From positions 480,001 through 544,000 of the forward strand of contig CBDCXM010000009.1 in assembly GCA_965223855.1 (NCBI GenBank): a stretch of DNA of 64,000 bases. Reading direction: 5' to 3'. Of the stretch, positions 30,749-41,237 are shown one piece after another (the first letter of the stretch is position 1; each line of letters opens with the position of its first letter). The translations under genes and the position numbers were made by a program. Below the pieces are notes generated by a model. That model was not told the origin of the DNA and did not search any database. It worked only from the letters and a program-made list of their open reading frames with translations. The stretch comes from Candidatus Multivoradales bacterium. Its GTDB lineage: Bacteria > Acidobacteriota > Thermoanaerobaculia > Multivoradales > JAHEKO01.

Positions 30749-33700
30749 TCAATCGATCACGACGACGTCTTCGCCGACGATCTGGGCGCCACCCGCCGAG
30801 GGCAGGAGAGAGCCCGAAAGCGGCACGACGAGCACGTCGCCGCTGGTGAGCGGCCCGAAGGCCGCTTCGAGGGCGGCGATCAGGTCCCGCTTGTCGAAAC
30901 GCAGGTCGAGATCGTCGAGGCCGTCGGCGCCGAGACCGTTGCAGTCGGTCGGCTGGCTCTTGCCGGTGAAGGGCGAATAGGGAGTCGCAAGGTCTCGGAC
31001 GCTCGACTGGATCGGCGCCAGGCCGAGCACGTTCACCGTGGTGAGGTCGACCGTGGACGGGTCGAACCCGGGATGGCCGGCGATGGCGATCTTCACCCGG
31101 CCGCCCCCCTGCAGCTTGACGCCGCTCGGGCACTTGCCGGGCACCATGTCGACCGGCACCTCGACGATCACCGGCAGGACGGTGACGGTCACCGTCGCGG
31201 TCGCCGTGCCGCCGTTGCCGTCACCGGCGGTGTAGGTGAACGACTCGGTGCCGCTGAAGCCGGGTGGAGCGGCGTAGATCAGAGACAGCGTCGAGGCGGT
31301 CACCGAGCCGGCGGCCGGCTGGGTGACGCTGACGATGGTCAGCGCATCGCCATCGACGTCGCTGTCATTGGCGAGCACGTCGATCAGCACCGCGTTGCCG
31401 GAGAGCGCCTGCGCCGTGTCGGCGATCGCCACCGGCGGGTCGTTGACAGGCTGCACCGTCAGAGTGACCGTGACCGGCACCGAGGCTTCCTCGGCGTCAC
31501 GGGCGGTGTAGGTGAAGCCGTCCGTGCCGTTGAAGTCGGGATCCGGCGTATAGGAGAAGGAGCCGTCGGACGCCAGTGCCAGCATCCCCTGTGCGGTCGA
31601 CGTCTCGAGCACCGCCGTCAGCGGGTCGCCGTCGGGATCGCTGTCGTTGCCGAGCACCCCGGGCGCCGGCGCCACCAGCAGGCCGTCCTCGTCGACCGAG
31701 TAGCTGTCCGCGACCGCCGTCGGCGGCTGATTCGGAAGGAGGAACGGCCACCGCAGGACGAAGGCGTCAAAGCCGCCCGCGTTGACCGGCTGCAACGACG
31801 ACGGCGTCGTCGGGAACGGTGCCGTCGCGGTGCCGGCGTCGGCGTTTCCAGCCGCTACGATCGAGGCGCCGTCGAAGGCCACCCCGGCGGCGTGTTCCCC
31901 GGTGCCGCTACCGCCGCCGAGGAAGCTGCTCTGAACGAGCGCCGACGCGGACGGCGTGAGCACGGAGAGGAAGAGGTCGGCGGAGTTGGTGCGTGCCGGC
32001 TGGAACGCCTCGAGCACCGGCAGGTCGGCCGACAGCGTCACCCCCATCAGGGCGATGCGGCCCGCATCGTCGATCGCAACCTCCTTCAACTGATCGAGGC
32101 CGCTGCCGCCGAAGTACGTGGCAAAGTCGAGGCCGCCCGCCGGGTCGAGCCGGAAGACGAAGCCGTCCGAGCTGCCGGCGATCGCCGGCTGGATCGTCCC
32201 CGGCGTCGTCACCAGGTCGCTCGACACCGTCGTCGCGCCGTAGGTCGCCCAGCCGAGATCGTCGACAGCGACATCGCCGTCCTCGACCGTGCCGTTCTCG
32301 TCGAAACTGCCGCCGAAGTAGGTCGAGTAGATGAGCGAGGCGGCGTCGGGGACGCTCGGGTCGATCGCGGTGGCGAAGGCGTCGGCGCCGCCGCCTCGGG
32401 TCGGCTGGACGGCATTGGCCACGGGAAAGTCGAACGACTGAGTGCGACCGGTCAGGTAGGCCCTCCCGCCGCCGTCGACGGCGAGACCGACCGCCGCATC
32501 GCTGCCGGCGCCGCCGAGGAAGGTGCCGTAGACGAGCGACGTCGCGGCGATCGGGTTGAGCTTGACGAAGAACGCGTCGGCGCCGCCGCCCGCGGTCGGC
32601 TGAAAGCCGTCGAGAAGCGGGAAGCCGAGCGCCGTGGCGGTGCCGGCGACGTAGAGGTCGCCGATCGAGTCGACATCGATCGCTCCCGGGGTCGAACCGT
32701 TGAAGCCGGTCAGGAAGGTCGCGTAGAGCAGATTCGCGCCGGCGGCGTCGAAGGTCGCGACATAGCTGTGGGTGAAGGTCCCGACCGAGCTCTGCACCGC
32801 GTTGGCGGTGGTGAAGAGGTCCGAAAGCGGCCCCGCCTGTGCGAGTACCGAAGCGCGCCCGAACGGATCGACAGCCACGCCGACGCCGAGCACGTCGCTG
32901 CTGGCGCCGAGATAGGTCGAGTAGACGAGCGCGTCACCGCCGGGCGTGAGCTTCGACAGGAACAGGTTGATGCGGACGGCGTCGCCCACCTTGGTCCCCT
33001 GGTAAACGCCCGGCGTCGTCGGGAAGTCGAACGAGCGCGTCCAGCCGACGACGTAGATGTTGCCGTCGGCGTCGACGGCGACGTCGTTGGCGATCTCCTC
33101 GACGGTGCCTCCGAGGAAGGTCGAGAACTCGAGCGGCGGATCGATGACGAGCGGCAGGGTCGGGTCCCATTCACCGAGCTCGAAGCCGACGGTGCCGTCG
33201 GCGATCACGAATGCCGCGTCGACCCTGCGGCGCTTCCCGGATCCGTCGAGCTGGAACGCCACCGGCGGCGCTTGCGACAGCCGCCCCGCGACGGTCTCCG
33301 CCACGAGCCGGCCGGCCGCATCGACCTCGAGCGAGTCGACTCCGCGAACCCTGAGCCGGATCCGCGCCGGGTCGGCACCGGGAGCGAGCTCGAAGTCGTA
33401 GTGCACGGCGCCGTCGGCGCTGCGATAAACGAGGTCGATCCCGGGGTAGACCTCGGGGTAGCGCACCCGCCCGAGGTGGCCGGCGCCGCGAACCCAGCTT
33501 CGGGGGTCGGCGCCGTGGAGGTAGTGGCTGCTGCCGGCGAGACGCCCCTCCCCCTGCGGCTCGACCGGATCGATCCCCTCGGGCTCGAGGACGACCACCG
33601 GAACGACATCGCCCTTCCCCGCCGGCTCGAGCGCGAGATGCAGCCGCCCCGCCGACAGGAAGCCCATGTAGCCGGCGGCGCGGACGACGTAATCCACCCG

Positions 33701-33826
33701 CTCGTCGAACTGCCCCAGGTTCTCCTCGAACACCGGCGTCTTCAACAGAGCGGTCGGCGCCGCAGTCGCCACGGCCGCGGACACCACAACCATGGCCAGA
33801 AAGAGTCTCAGTCGGCTCGCTCGCAT
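30749..33826 (-). CDS. Secreted SBBP (beta-propeller) repeat protein with tandem Ig-like/cadherin-like domains
   Basis: FEENLGQ, EVYPGIDLVY, PLVIDP, repeated YSTYLGGS..D; NQPPTAVADSY and VNDPPVAIAD Ig repeats. Confidence 0.88.
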   Translation of the reverse strand: MRASRLRLFLAMVVVSAAVATAAPTALLKTPVFEENLGQFDERVDYVVRAAGYMGFLSAGRLHLALEPAGKGDVVPVVVLEPEGIDPVEPQGEGRLAGSSHYLHGADPRSWVRGAGHLGRVRYPEVYPGIDLVYRSADGAVHYDFELAPGADPARIRLRVRGVDSLEVDAAGRLVAETVAGRLSQAPPVAFQLDGSGKRRRVDAAFVIADGTVGFELGEWDPTLPLVIDPPLEFSTFLGGTVEEIANDVAVDADGNIYVVGWTRSFDFPTTPGVYQGTKVGDAVRINLFLSKLTPGGDALVYSTYLGASSDVLGVGVAVDPFGRASVLAQAGPLSDLFTTANAVQSSVGTFTHSYVATFDAAGANLLYATFLTGFNGSTPGAIDVDSIGDLYVAGTATALGFPLLDGFQPTAGGGADAFFVKLNPIAATSLVYGTFLGGAGSDAAVGLAVDGGGRAYLTGRTQSFDFPVANAVQPTRGGGADAFATAIDPSVPDAASLIYSTYFGGSFDENGTVEDGDVAVDDLGWATYGATTVSSDLVTTPGTIQPAIAGSSDGFVFRLDPAGGLDFATYFGGSGLDQLKEVAIDDAGRIALMGVTLSADLPVLEAFQPARTNSADLFLSVLTPSASALVQSSFLGGGSGTGEHAAGVAFDGASIVAAGNADAGTATAPFPTTPSSLQPVNAGGFDAFVLRWPFLLPNQPPTAVADSYSVDEDGLLVAPAPGVLGNDSDPDGDPLTAVLETSTAQGMLALASDGSFSYTPDPDFNGTDGFTYTARDAEEASVPVTVTLTVQPVNDPPVAIADTAQALSGNAVLIDVLANDSDVDGDALTIVSVTQPAAGSVTASTLSLIYAAPPGFSGTESFTYTAGDGNGGTATATVTVTVLPVIVEVPVDMVPGKCPSGVKLQGGGRVKIAIAGHPGFDPSTVDLTTVNVLGLAPIQSSVRDLATPYSPFTGKSQPTDCNGLGADGLDDLDLRFDKRDLIAALEAAFGPLTSGDVLVVPLSGSLLPSAGGAQIVGEDVVVID

Positions 33827-33995
33827 CGCATCGTCCTCCCGTTCGATCTCCGACGGGTCTTCCTCGAGCCGGCCGGGCGGCCGCTGCGAGGCCCGTCTGA
33901 TCTACAGGAGGAGATACACGCGCGATTTGCTCACGAGGCCCCCCCGCCTCCGGCGGCCGCGAGCCGCCGGAGGCGTTGGTTCCCGGGTCTACCGG

Positions 33996-34916
33996 TCAGG
34001 CTGAGGGGGTGGCGCGCGCCTGCAGGCCGACTTCGGCATCGAACTGCGCCAGGAAGGCCACCGTGAACGCGCGGTAGGCCGCCAGCACCGGCAGCATGAA
34101 CACCGTGCCGACGAACGGAATCGCCAGAAGCAGAAAGCCGACGCAGCAGGTCATCACCCCGGTGAAGAAGACCAGGCAGGCGACCACCATCGTCAGCAGA
34201 AGCACCATCAGCGCGCACGCCAGGAACCACCAGGGGTTGGCGCCGAAGAGCGCGAAGAAGCGTCGCCACCCGGCGAGCACGCCGAGCCGATGGCGATGCA
34301 TCAGCGGCACGACGAAGGCGTCGAGAAAGAAGACGGTCAGAAGGAGCACCAGGACAAGGAGGGAGCCCAGCGCCGCCGTCGAGATCCCGGCGACGACGCG
34401 CAACAGTCCGGAGTCGTGAAGCCAACCGCCGTCGCCGAAGGCCAGCCAGGCGATCCCGCCGACGAGCGCCAGACCGACCGGCAGGCAGACCAGCATGGCG
34501 ATCAGCCGGAAGACGAAGAGGGAGTTGCCCTCCCGTGCGTATTCGCGCCACGGAGCGAGGATCTCGCCGCGGTCGTGCACGACGTTGTCGACGAACACGA
34601 ACTTGCCGCGCGAGGACAGCCACAGCACCAGCACGATCAGCGCCAGGCCGAAGAGCAGCCCGCCGGCGATCATGCCGAGCACCCACTCGCGGCCGTCCAC
34701 CCAGCGCCAGAAGTCGCTCCAGTGGTGGTGACTCCATCCGGAGTCGTCGAGGCCGAAGTTGAGACCTCCACCGCCTCCCCCGCCGAGCCCTGCAAGCCAG
34801 GCCGAGAACGCCACCACGATCCACTTGCCGAGATCGAACGGGCGGAACAGCATCTCCACCATCCGGTCCCAACCCCGGGTCAGAGGCCCGGTCACAGAGA
34901 TTGCGCGTGCTTCCAT
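33996..34916 (-). CDS. Hypothetical integral membrane protein
   Basis: Several hydrophobic helices; AGGAGG RBS. Confidence 0.8.
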   Translation of the reverse strand: MEARAISVTGPLTRGWDRMVEMLFRPFDLGKWIVVAFSAWLAGLGGGGGGGLNFGLDDSGWSHHHWSDFWRWVDGREWVLGMIAGGLLFGLALIVLVLWLSSRGKFVFVDNVVHDRGEILAPWREYAREGNSLFVFRLIAMLVCLPVGLALVGGIAWLAFGDGGWLHDSGLLRVVAGISTAALGSLLVLVLLLTVFFLDAFVVPLMHRHRLGVLAGWRRFFALFGANPWWFLACALMVLLLTMVVACLVFFTGVMTCCVGFLLLAIPFVGTVFMLPVLAAYRAFTVAFLAQFDAEVGLQARATPSA

Positions 34917-35053
34917 CGGTCTCCTCCTGTCGAGGCCTACGGCGGAACCGGCGGAAAGATTCGCCCCAGGGTCCCCAGCTACAGGACGGACGGCTCCCCT
35001 GCGCAGTGCGATACTGCCCGCCGCCGCGCCGTGCTGCCGGCTCCCACGGATCG

Positions 35054-35734
35054 ATGAACTACTTTGCCCACGGCCTCGGCTCGATCGGCCGCCCCTGGCG
35101 ACTCGCCGGCACCGCCACCCCCGACTGGCTGGGCGCCGCCGACCGCTCGATGCGGCTCCGGCGCAAGAAGGTCCGGCCGTTCGCCACCGGTGACGACAGC
35201 CCGCGCGCCCAACTCGCCGAGGGGATCCTCCAGCACCTCGCCGACGACTCCCGCTTCCACGGCAGCGCCCTTTTTCACACTCTCACCCGCGAGATCGCCG
35301 CGAGCCTCCGCAAGGCCGCCAGCTACCCCGCCGGGCCGCAGCCGGGTGTCGGGCGGCGCTTCCGACCCGGCTTCACCGCCCACATTCTCGTCGAGCTGCT
35401 GCTCGACAGCGCTCTGATCGAAGACGATCCGGCCCGCCTCGACCGCTACTACGCCGACCTGGCGTCGATCGACCCCGCAGAGGTCGCGGACAGCGTGGAG
35501 GCGATCACCGGTCGCAGACCCCACGGCGTCGAGGCTTACGTCGAGCGCTTCCTCTCGCTCGAGTTCCTGCGCAACTACGGCGATGACGACGCGCTGATAC
35601 GGAGCCTCGACCACGTGCTGGGCCGGGTCGGCCTCGCGCCCCTGCCCGCAGCGACTCTGGGGACGATCGTCGAAGTCAGGGCTTTCGTCCGCCGGCGACG
35701 CGACGAGCTGCTGGCGAGCTCGGTACCGGGGTGA
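35054..35734 (+). CDS. ACP phosphodiesterase-like (AcpH/DUF479) HD-type protein
   Basis: MNYFAH start, PD, GILQHLADDSRFH, HILVELLLD. Confidence 0.65.
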   Translation: MNYFAHGLGSIGRPWRLAGTATPDWLGAADRSMRLRRKKVRPFATGDDSPRAQLAEGILQHLADDSRFHGSALFHTLTREIAASLRKAASYPAGPQPGVGRRFRPGFTAHILVELLLDSALIEDDPARLDRYYADLASIDPAEVADSVEAITGRRPHGVEAYVERFLSLEFLRNYGDDDALIRSLDHVLGRVGLAPLPAATLGTIVEVRAFVRRRRDELLASSVPG

Positions 35735-35737
35735 GCG

Positions 35738-36031
35738 CTACTCGAGCGTCACCCGCAACCCGCCGATCCACCCGGCCACGAGGTTGTAGAACCAGGCCGA
35801 GAAGGCGCCACCGAGGAAGCCGATCACGCCGTAGAAGATCGGCAGGATCAGCGCCGAACAGCCGCCGAAGAGGAAGGACGGGAAGGCGGTGTCGGCCTCG
35901 AGCTGCGAGGCGAGGCCCCCTCCCACCATCATCAGGAGACTGAACATCAGGCCGAGGATCAGTCCCATTCCTGCGTACATGAGGCCGACGACTTTGGCGG
36001 CGGACAGCGGTTCGACTCGCTTGAGCTCCAT
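35738..36031 (-). CDS. Small membrane protein (DUF3566-like)
   Basis: LKRVEPLSAAKV...YNLVAGWIGGL. Confidence 0.75.
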   Translation of the reverse strand: MELKRVEPLSAAKVVGLMYAGMGLILGLMFSLLMMVGGGLASQLEADTAFPSFLFGGCSALILPIFYGVIGFLGGAFSAWFYNLVAGWIGGLRVTLE

Positions 36032-36187
36032 GGCACGTCCTTTCCCGGACCGACCGCCTGAGACGGCCGCTCCGCAGAGCGCTGCATCAAGTTCGGGTTG
36101 CCTCCCGATTGTCGCACGGTCGGGAGTTCTCGCTCCGGGCGGCAGCCGGCGCGTGAGCGAGGAGTGGCCGAACGGCTCAGGCCGACT

Positions 36188-38824
36188 TCAGGGGGCGAGC
36201 CACTTGCTGAACTTGACCAGCAGCACGTCTTCGGCCGGCGCCCGGAAGAGCTCCGAGAGGCCGTTGTCGAATCTGCGGTCCTGGAGCAGCAGGCTGTCGG
36301 AGCGCGTCTGGTTCCACACCACGAAGACCGCCGACCCGGGGGAGAACTCCCAGCGCAGCACGAGATTCGAGTTGAAGTCGCGGAAGTCGAAGTCGGGCTG
36401 ATCGAACGAGTAGTCGGTCGCGCCGTCAAGGTCCTCGTCGATCGAGTAGACGTCGTCTTCGAAACCGATCTCGCCGCCGCCGAAGGTCGCGAACCGGTCG
36501 GTGAAGGCGGCGGCGCGCGGATCGGTGATGCGCTTGAAGCGATCGTAGCGGCCGGTCGAGAGGAACGGCTGACCGTAGAACTGGATCGTCAGATTCGGCG
36601 TGATCGAGTAGTCGATCCGCGCCGTCAGAGCGTGGGTCTCCTGATCGAGCCGGCCGAAGAGGTAGCGATCGACCCCGTCGAAATCGAAGGTGCCGACGTA
36701 CTGCAGCTCCGGCCGGCGGGTGGTCACCGAGCCGCTCAGCGAGAGCCGGGTGGCATCGGTCGGCCGGTAGGTCACGCTCGCCCAGACCTCTTCGCTGTCG
36801 CCGCTGCCGTCGTCACCGTCCGAGCGCCAGCCGCCGAAGCCGCCGCTGACCTTGCGGCGGCTGTCGGTGTTGACCCAGAAGTTCGACTCCCAGCGGCCCG
36901 GCCACTTCGAGGTAGGGCCGCCCCGCAGAGCGGTGTTCGAGTTCTCGTCGTTCTGACGGGTCACCCCGAAACCGGCGGAGTACTTGTTCTTGAATTGGGC
37001 GTTGGAGTTGAAGTTGTAGGCCGAGCTCAGGAAGTTGCCGGCGTAGTCCCAATTGACCCACTGATTGCCGTTGACGCCGATGCGCTCGAAGACGCCGAAC
37101 GGCTCGTTCTTGCGCCAGCCGACCCAGGTGAACTGGTTGATCTCGTCGGCGTTGCGCATGAAGCCGAGATCGTTGATCTCGAATCCCGGCGAGCGCCACG
37201 CTACGCCGGTCTGAAAGCGCAGGTCGAAGTTGTTCGTGCGTTGGAAGCGGACCGAACCGCCGTGACCCGAGAGCGAGGTGCGGGTGGGGTCGAGCGTCGC
37301 GGAGTCGTTGTCGGGCCGCTGGTAGTAGCGCGCCGACGATTCCTGGGCGGCGAGGATCGACTCCGCGCTCCCCTGGATCTCGCTCGAGAAGAGCGACGCC
37401 TCCAGCCGGTAGTCGCGGTCTTTGAAGTAGGCGCTGAAGTCGAGCCCCCCTGTGTAGGCCGCGTCGCGGAGGCCCGAAAGATGCGGGTCGAGATCGCGAT
37501 TGACCGCCGTCACCATGCCACCGAGCAGCACGTCGCCGCCGCGGAAGTCCTGCTGCAGGCGACCGACGAAGTAGTTGGTCGGCGGCTCCACCACCACCTT
37601 GCTGCGTTCGCCGTCGAGCGAGATCCGGGCCTCCTCCTTCGGCGTGAAGCTCTCGAGGATGCCGATCGAGAGCCCGGAAGCGGTCTTGCCCGAGAGCTTG
37701 AAGGCACCGAGGATGGTCGTGTTCTGCGGCACGTCGACGAACGCACCGTCGGGGGCGTCGGGAGTGTGGGCCGGGCGCCTGCCGATGCGCCTCGAGTAGA
37801 AGATCTGGTCGCGGGTGAACGAGCCGCCGGTGATCGCCGGGGCCAGCCGCAGGTCGAAGATGTTCTGGCCCTCGATGAAGAACGGCCGCCGCTCCGAGAA
37901 GAAGGTCTCGAAGGCGGTCAGGTTGACTTGCGACGGGTCGGCCTCGACCTGCCCGAAGTCGGGGTTGACCGTGAAGTCGAGGGTCAGGTTGTTGGTCAGC
38001 CCGATCTTGCCGTCGATGCCGCCGTCGATCTCGCCGTCCTCGCCGTCACGGAAAGGATTGCCGGGCTCGGCTTCGAACCGCTCGGTCGAGCTCACCGCGT
38101 AGGGGAGCAGCTCGATCCGCCGCTTGGGCTGGAGGTTGCGCAGCCCGCGCAGCTCGCCGAACTGGCTGACCCACCCCTGCGAGTCGTTGGGGATGTGCTG
38201 CCAGGTCGAGCGCTCCTCGAGCCGGAAGAGCCGCCGCTGCACCTGCAGCCCCCACACCTGCTCCGCGGCGTCGCTGAAGCGCAGCTGGCTCAGCGGGATC
38301 CGGACCTCGGCCGTCCAGCCGTCGCCGTTGACTTCGGAGGCGCCGCTCCACACCGGGTCCCAGTTGCTGTCCCAGTTGTTGCCGTCGTTCGAGATGAACT
38401 CGTCGCCGCGCGTGCCGGAGAGGCTGAAGGTGAACGAGAACGCCGTGCGGCGATCCTGGAGGCTGTCGATGTTGACCTCGATCCAGTCGCCCGGAAACGA
38501 GTCGCGGCGCGCCAACTGCTTCGTCACCAGGTTCGGGTCATCGTGGCTGTAGAAGGCGAAGTAGAGCGCCTCGTCGTCGTAGAGCACCTTGAAGCGCGAC
38601 TCGACGCTCGGCGCCTCGCCGTTGGCCGGCTGGTGCTGGATGAAGTCTCCCGACCACTCGACCGAGTCCCACACCGCCTCGTCCAGCCGGCCGTCGACGA
38701 CCGGCGCCTCGGAGACAATCCGGGCGGTCTCGTAGGAGCGCTTCTCCGGTTGGGACTCGGCTCCCGTGGGCAGGAAGGCGAGGGCGACGACGACAGGGAC
38801 GACTCTGTGCATGGCTCTCATCAC
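36188..38824 (-). CDS. Secreted CBM9-like/DUF5916 protein (putative outer-membrane hydrolase)
   Basis: PVVDGRLDEAVW, GWTAEVRIPLSQLRF, NPDFGQVEAD, ERRPFF, FYSRRIG. Confidence 0.85.
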   Translation of the reverse strand: MMRAMHRVVPVVVALAFLPTGAESQPEKRSYETARIVSEAPVVDGRLDEAVWDSVEWSGDFIQHQPANGEAPSVESRFKVLYDDEALYFAFYSHDDPNLVTKQLARRDSFPGDWIEVNIDSLQDRRTAFSFTFSLSGTRGDEFISNDGNNWDSNWDPVWSGASEVNGDGWTAEVRIPLSQLRFSDAAEQVWGLQVQRRLFRLEERSTWQHIPNDSQGWVSQFGELRGLRNLQPKRRIELLPYAVSSTERFEAEPGNPFRDGEDGEIDGGIDGKIGLTNNLTLDFTVNPDFGQVEADPSQVNLTAFETFFSERRPFFIEGQNIFDLRLAPAITGGSFTRDQIFYSRRIGRRPAHTPDAPDGAFVDVPQNTTILGAFKLSGKTASGLSIGILESFTPKEEARISLDGERSKVVVEPPTNYFVGRLQQDFRGGDVLLGGMVTAVNRDLDPHLSGLRDAAYTGGLDFSAYFKDRDYRLEASLFSSEIQGSAESILAAQESSARYYQRPDNDSATLDPTRTSLSGHGGSVRFQRTNNFDLRFQTGVAWRSPGFEINDLGFMRNADEINQFTWVGWRKNEPFGVFERIGVNGNQWVNWDYAGNFLSSAYNFNSNAQFKNKYSAGFGVTRQNDENSNTALRGGPTSKWPGRWESNFWVNTDSRRKVSGGFGGWRSDGDDGSGDSEEVWASVTYRPTDATRLSLSGSVTTRRPELQYVGTFDFDGVDRYLFGRLDQETHALTARIDYSITPNLTIQFYGQPFLSTGRYDRFKRITDPRAAAFTDRFATFGGGEIGFEDDVYSIDEDLDGATDYSFDQPDFDFRDFNSNLVLRWEFSPGSAVFVVWNQTRSDSLLLQDRRFDNGLSELFRAPAEDVLLVKFSKWLAP

Positions 38825-39007
38825 TCCTCAAGACAGCACGCGAGCCGACTTGTCTCACCTCCGCGGAGCCGGAGGTTCCTTTTCGGGGGGCGACGAGGTG
38901 CTCGCGCTGGTGCGACACCGTCTTGTCAGACCGTCCGGGAGGGCGAACGGTTCCCGCAGTTCTCGCGGGAGCCGGCCGGGGCAGCGACCCACCGGCGGGA
39001 GGCGATC

Positions 39008-39535
39008 TCAGCCGTCGTCGGAGGGCAGGCTCTCCGGCACGCCGTCGGCGACGGCGCTCGAGTCGCACTCGCACGGCAGCCGCCGCCAGTGAAACGACCG
39101 GCTCTGCCGCGACGCACCCTCGCCGCCGCTGATCTCCGACGTCAGCGTGTCACCCTCCAGGCGATACGAGATCCGCTGCGGGAAGTCGTGCTCCGGATTC
39201 TCGAAGGCGACGAAGCCGTCGCCGGCTTCGACCTGCGTGAACTCGGTCGTCCCCTTTCCCAGGGGCGACGCGACGTAGACCACGGCATCGTCGCGCTGCT
39301 CGATCCGCAGGTACTCGAAGAAAGGCCGCTCTCCCGGCGCCGCCGGGGCCCGGTTGAGGCCCAGCATCAGACCGCCGGAAGGTGCCATCCACGACTCGAC
39401 GACCGTGTCCTCCTCGCCCCACGAGCCGCACAACCACCCGAGGTGAGAGAGCGATCCGGCGCTTGTCGGTATCGGGACGAGGAACACCAGCAGGAGTGCC
39501 AGCGCGGTTGCAGGTCGTGGAGCCGCAGATCTCAT
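39008..39535 (-). CDS. Secreted DUF6265-like protein
   Basis: LGWLCGSW, ESW, FENPEHDFPQRISY. Confidence 0.8.
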   Translation of the reverse strand: MRSAAPRPATALALLLVFLVPIPTSAGSLSHLGWLCGSWGEEDTVVESWMAPSGGLMLGLNRAPAAPGERPFFEYLRIEQRDDAVVYVASPLGKGTTEFTQVEAGDGFVAFENPEHDFPQRISYRLEGDTLTSEISGGEGASRQSRSFHWRRLPCECDSSAVADGVPESLPSDDG

Positions 39536-39636
39536 GTCACACCTCCCTCAGGGAACGCCGGCGGCGATGAGCTCCCGCCCGGCGCCCGGAGCTTTGTATC
39601 CTGTCACCGAAACTCCCCGCCGACTCCGCGAGGGTG

Positions 39637-41079
39637 TCAGGGAGTCGCGAACTCGACGGGCGGCAGGACGATCGGCTCCACCGAGGTCGTGCCGGTCGAG
39701 AGGAACTCGGCAATCCGGCGCCCGATCTCCTCGCTGACCATGAAGAGGTCGTGACCGGCGTTCTCGATCACGAGGTGAAGGGCGCCCTCGAAGCCGGCGG
39801 CCAGCTCGCGGTGCGACTCGACGTACGTGCGGCCGTCGAGCGAGCCGCTGAGAAAGAGTGCCGGTACCGCAGAGTGCAGCGGCGCGCGGAAGCTGTCCGG
39901 CAGCACCTCGACTCCCAGCGCCGAGGCGAGATCGGGGCCGGGGAAGTTCATCACGTCCGAGAGCACCGCGCTCTCCCGCTCGCGCTCGATGCGCGCCTGG
40001 CGCTCGGCGGAGGTTCCGGAGGCGGCGTCCATCGCCTCCGGCATCCCGCGCATGCTGGTGAGGTTCTTGAAGTCGACGAGATAGGGAGCGAGCATCGAAG
40101 CGTCGCGCCGGCTGAGCGCAAGGTAGGCGAGCGGCAGGGTGCGCAGGCTCGAAGGATTCTTGACCAGATAGCCGGTCAGGAGCTGAATCTCCGCCTTGCC
40201 GATGCCGATCTCGAGCTCTTCCCCCGTCCTCGGGTTGCGGGTCACGACCTGCAGCGGGTTCGCCTCGAGGTCGGCGAGCACGCTACGCATCAGGCCGATC
40301 AGGTCGGGCACCATGGCACCGAGCTTCGGGTCCTCCTTCACCAGCCGCGCCACCTCCTCGAGATAGGCCTGGGTGCGGCTCGGCAGCTTGACCGTCTCGT
40401 CGGGGCCCTCGGCGCTCGCGAGCACGACCCGACCGAAGCTGTCGGGATGGCGGCGCAGCGCCGAGAACGCCAGATGGGTGCCGTAGGAGATGCCCCACAG
40501 ATCGAGCTTGTCCACACCCAGTGCGCGGCGCAGCGCCTCGAGGTCGTCGGCGCTCTGTGCCGTGTCGTAGCCGTCGAGGTCGACTCCCTCTTCCGCCCAG
40601 AAGGCGGCGCAGTAGCGGGCCATCTCCTCCATCCCGGCGAGCGCCGTCTCGCGCGTCAGCGCCTCGCTCGGATCGAGGGTCGAGCTCTCGCGCTCGCAGC
40701 GGGGGATCGAGTTCGAGAGCCCGGTGCCTCGCTGATCGAAAGCGATGACATCGGCGACCTCCCGCAGCGCCATGAAAAGCGGGAAGCGCGGCCCCTTCGC
40801 CGTGCCGGTTCCCGAACCGCCGGGGCCTCCTGCGAGGTAGACGATCGGGTTGCCGGGGGTCGCCGTGGTGGCGGGGAAGCGGACGAAGCCGATTTCGATC
40901 TCGCGGCTGTCGGGGTTGTCGCGATTCTCGGCAACGCGGAAGGTCCCTCGCTCGGCGGCGACGGTCTGCTCGCCGGGGCCGACGAATTCGTAGGGCTCGA
41001 CGGCGAGCTCCGGCGCCGAGGCGAGAGCCGGGGCGGCGATCAGGGTGGCGAAGACAGCGAGACGGGAAGCGGCTTTCAT
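39637..41079 (-). CDS. Secreted alpha/beta hydrolase (TAP-like peptidase S33)
   Basis: GGPGGSG, DQRGTG, GISYGT nucleophile, D and GH catalytic residues; start 41079 or 41094. Confidence 0.9.
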   Translation of the reverse strand: MKAASRLAVFATLIAAPALASAPELAVEPYEFVGPGEQTVAAERGTFRVAENRDNPDSREIEIGFVRFPATTATPGNPIVYLAGGPGGSGTGTAKGPRFPLFMALREVADVIAFDQRGTGLSNSIPRCERESSTLDPSEALTRETALAGMEEMARYCAAFWAEEGVDLDGYDTAQSADDLEALRRALGVDKLDLWGISYGTHLAFSALRRHPDSFGRVVLASAEGPDETVKLPSRTQAYLEEVARLVKEDPKLGAMVPDLIGLMRSVLADLEANPLQVVTRNPRTGEELEIGIGKAEIQLLTGYLVKNPSSLRTLPLAYLALSRRDASMLAPYLVDFKNLTSMRGMPEAMDAASGTSAERQARIERERESAVLSDVMNFPGPDLASALGVEVLPDSFRAPLHSAVPALFLSGSLDGRTYVESHRELAAGFEGALHLVIENAGHDLFMVSEEIGRRIAEFLSTGTTSVEPIVLPPVEFATP

Positions 41080-41161
41080 CGTTCTTTCCTCCAAGGAAGT
41101 GTTCGGGAAACGAGAGGCATCCTGCTCGCTTCCTACGCCCCGCCGGGAGGAAGGTGTCCAC

Positions 41162-41203
41162 CCGTTCGGTGGACGGTACGAACCGCTCGGTGAAGGGCAC
41201 GAA
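41162..41203. promoter_or_regulatory. LytTR-type direct-repeat operator (CCGYTCGGT, 21-bp period)
   Basis: CCGTTCGGTGGACGGTACGAA / CCGCTCGGTGAAGGGCACGAA between the divergent hydrolase and LytS/LytTR genes. Confidence 0.7.
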
Positions 41204-41237
41204 CGACCGCCGACCGGCGAGCTAGACTGATGCCGTC

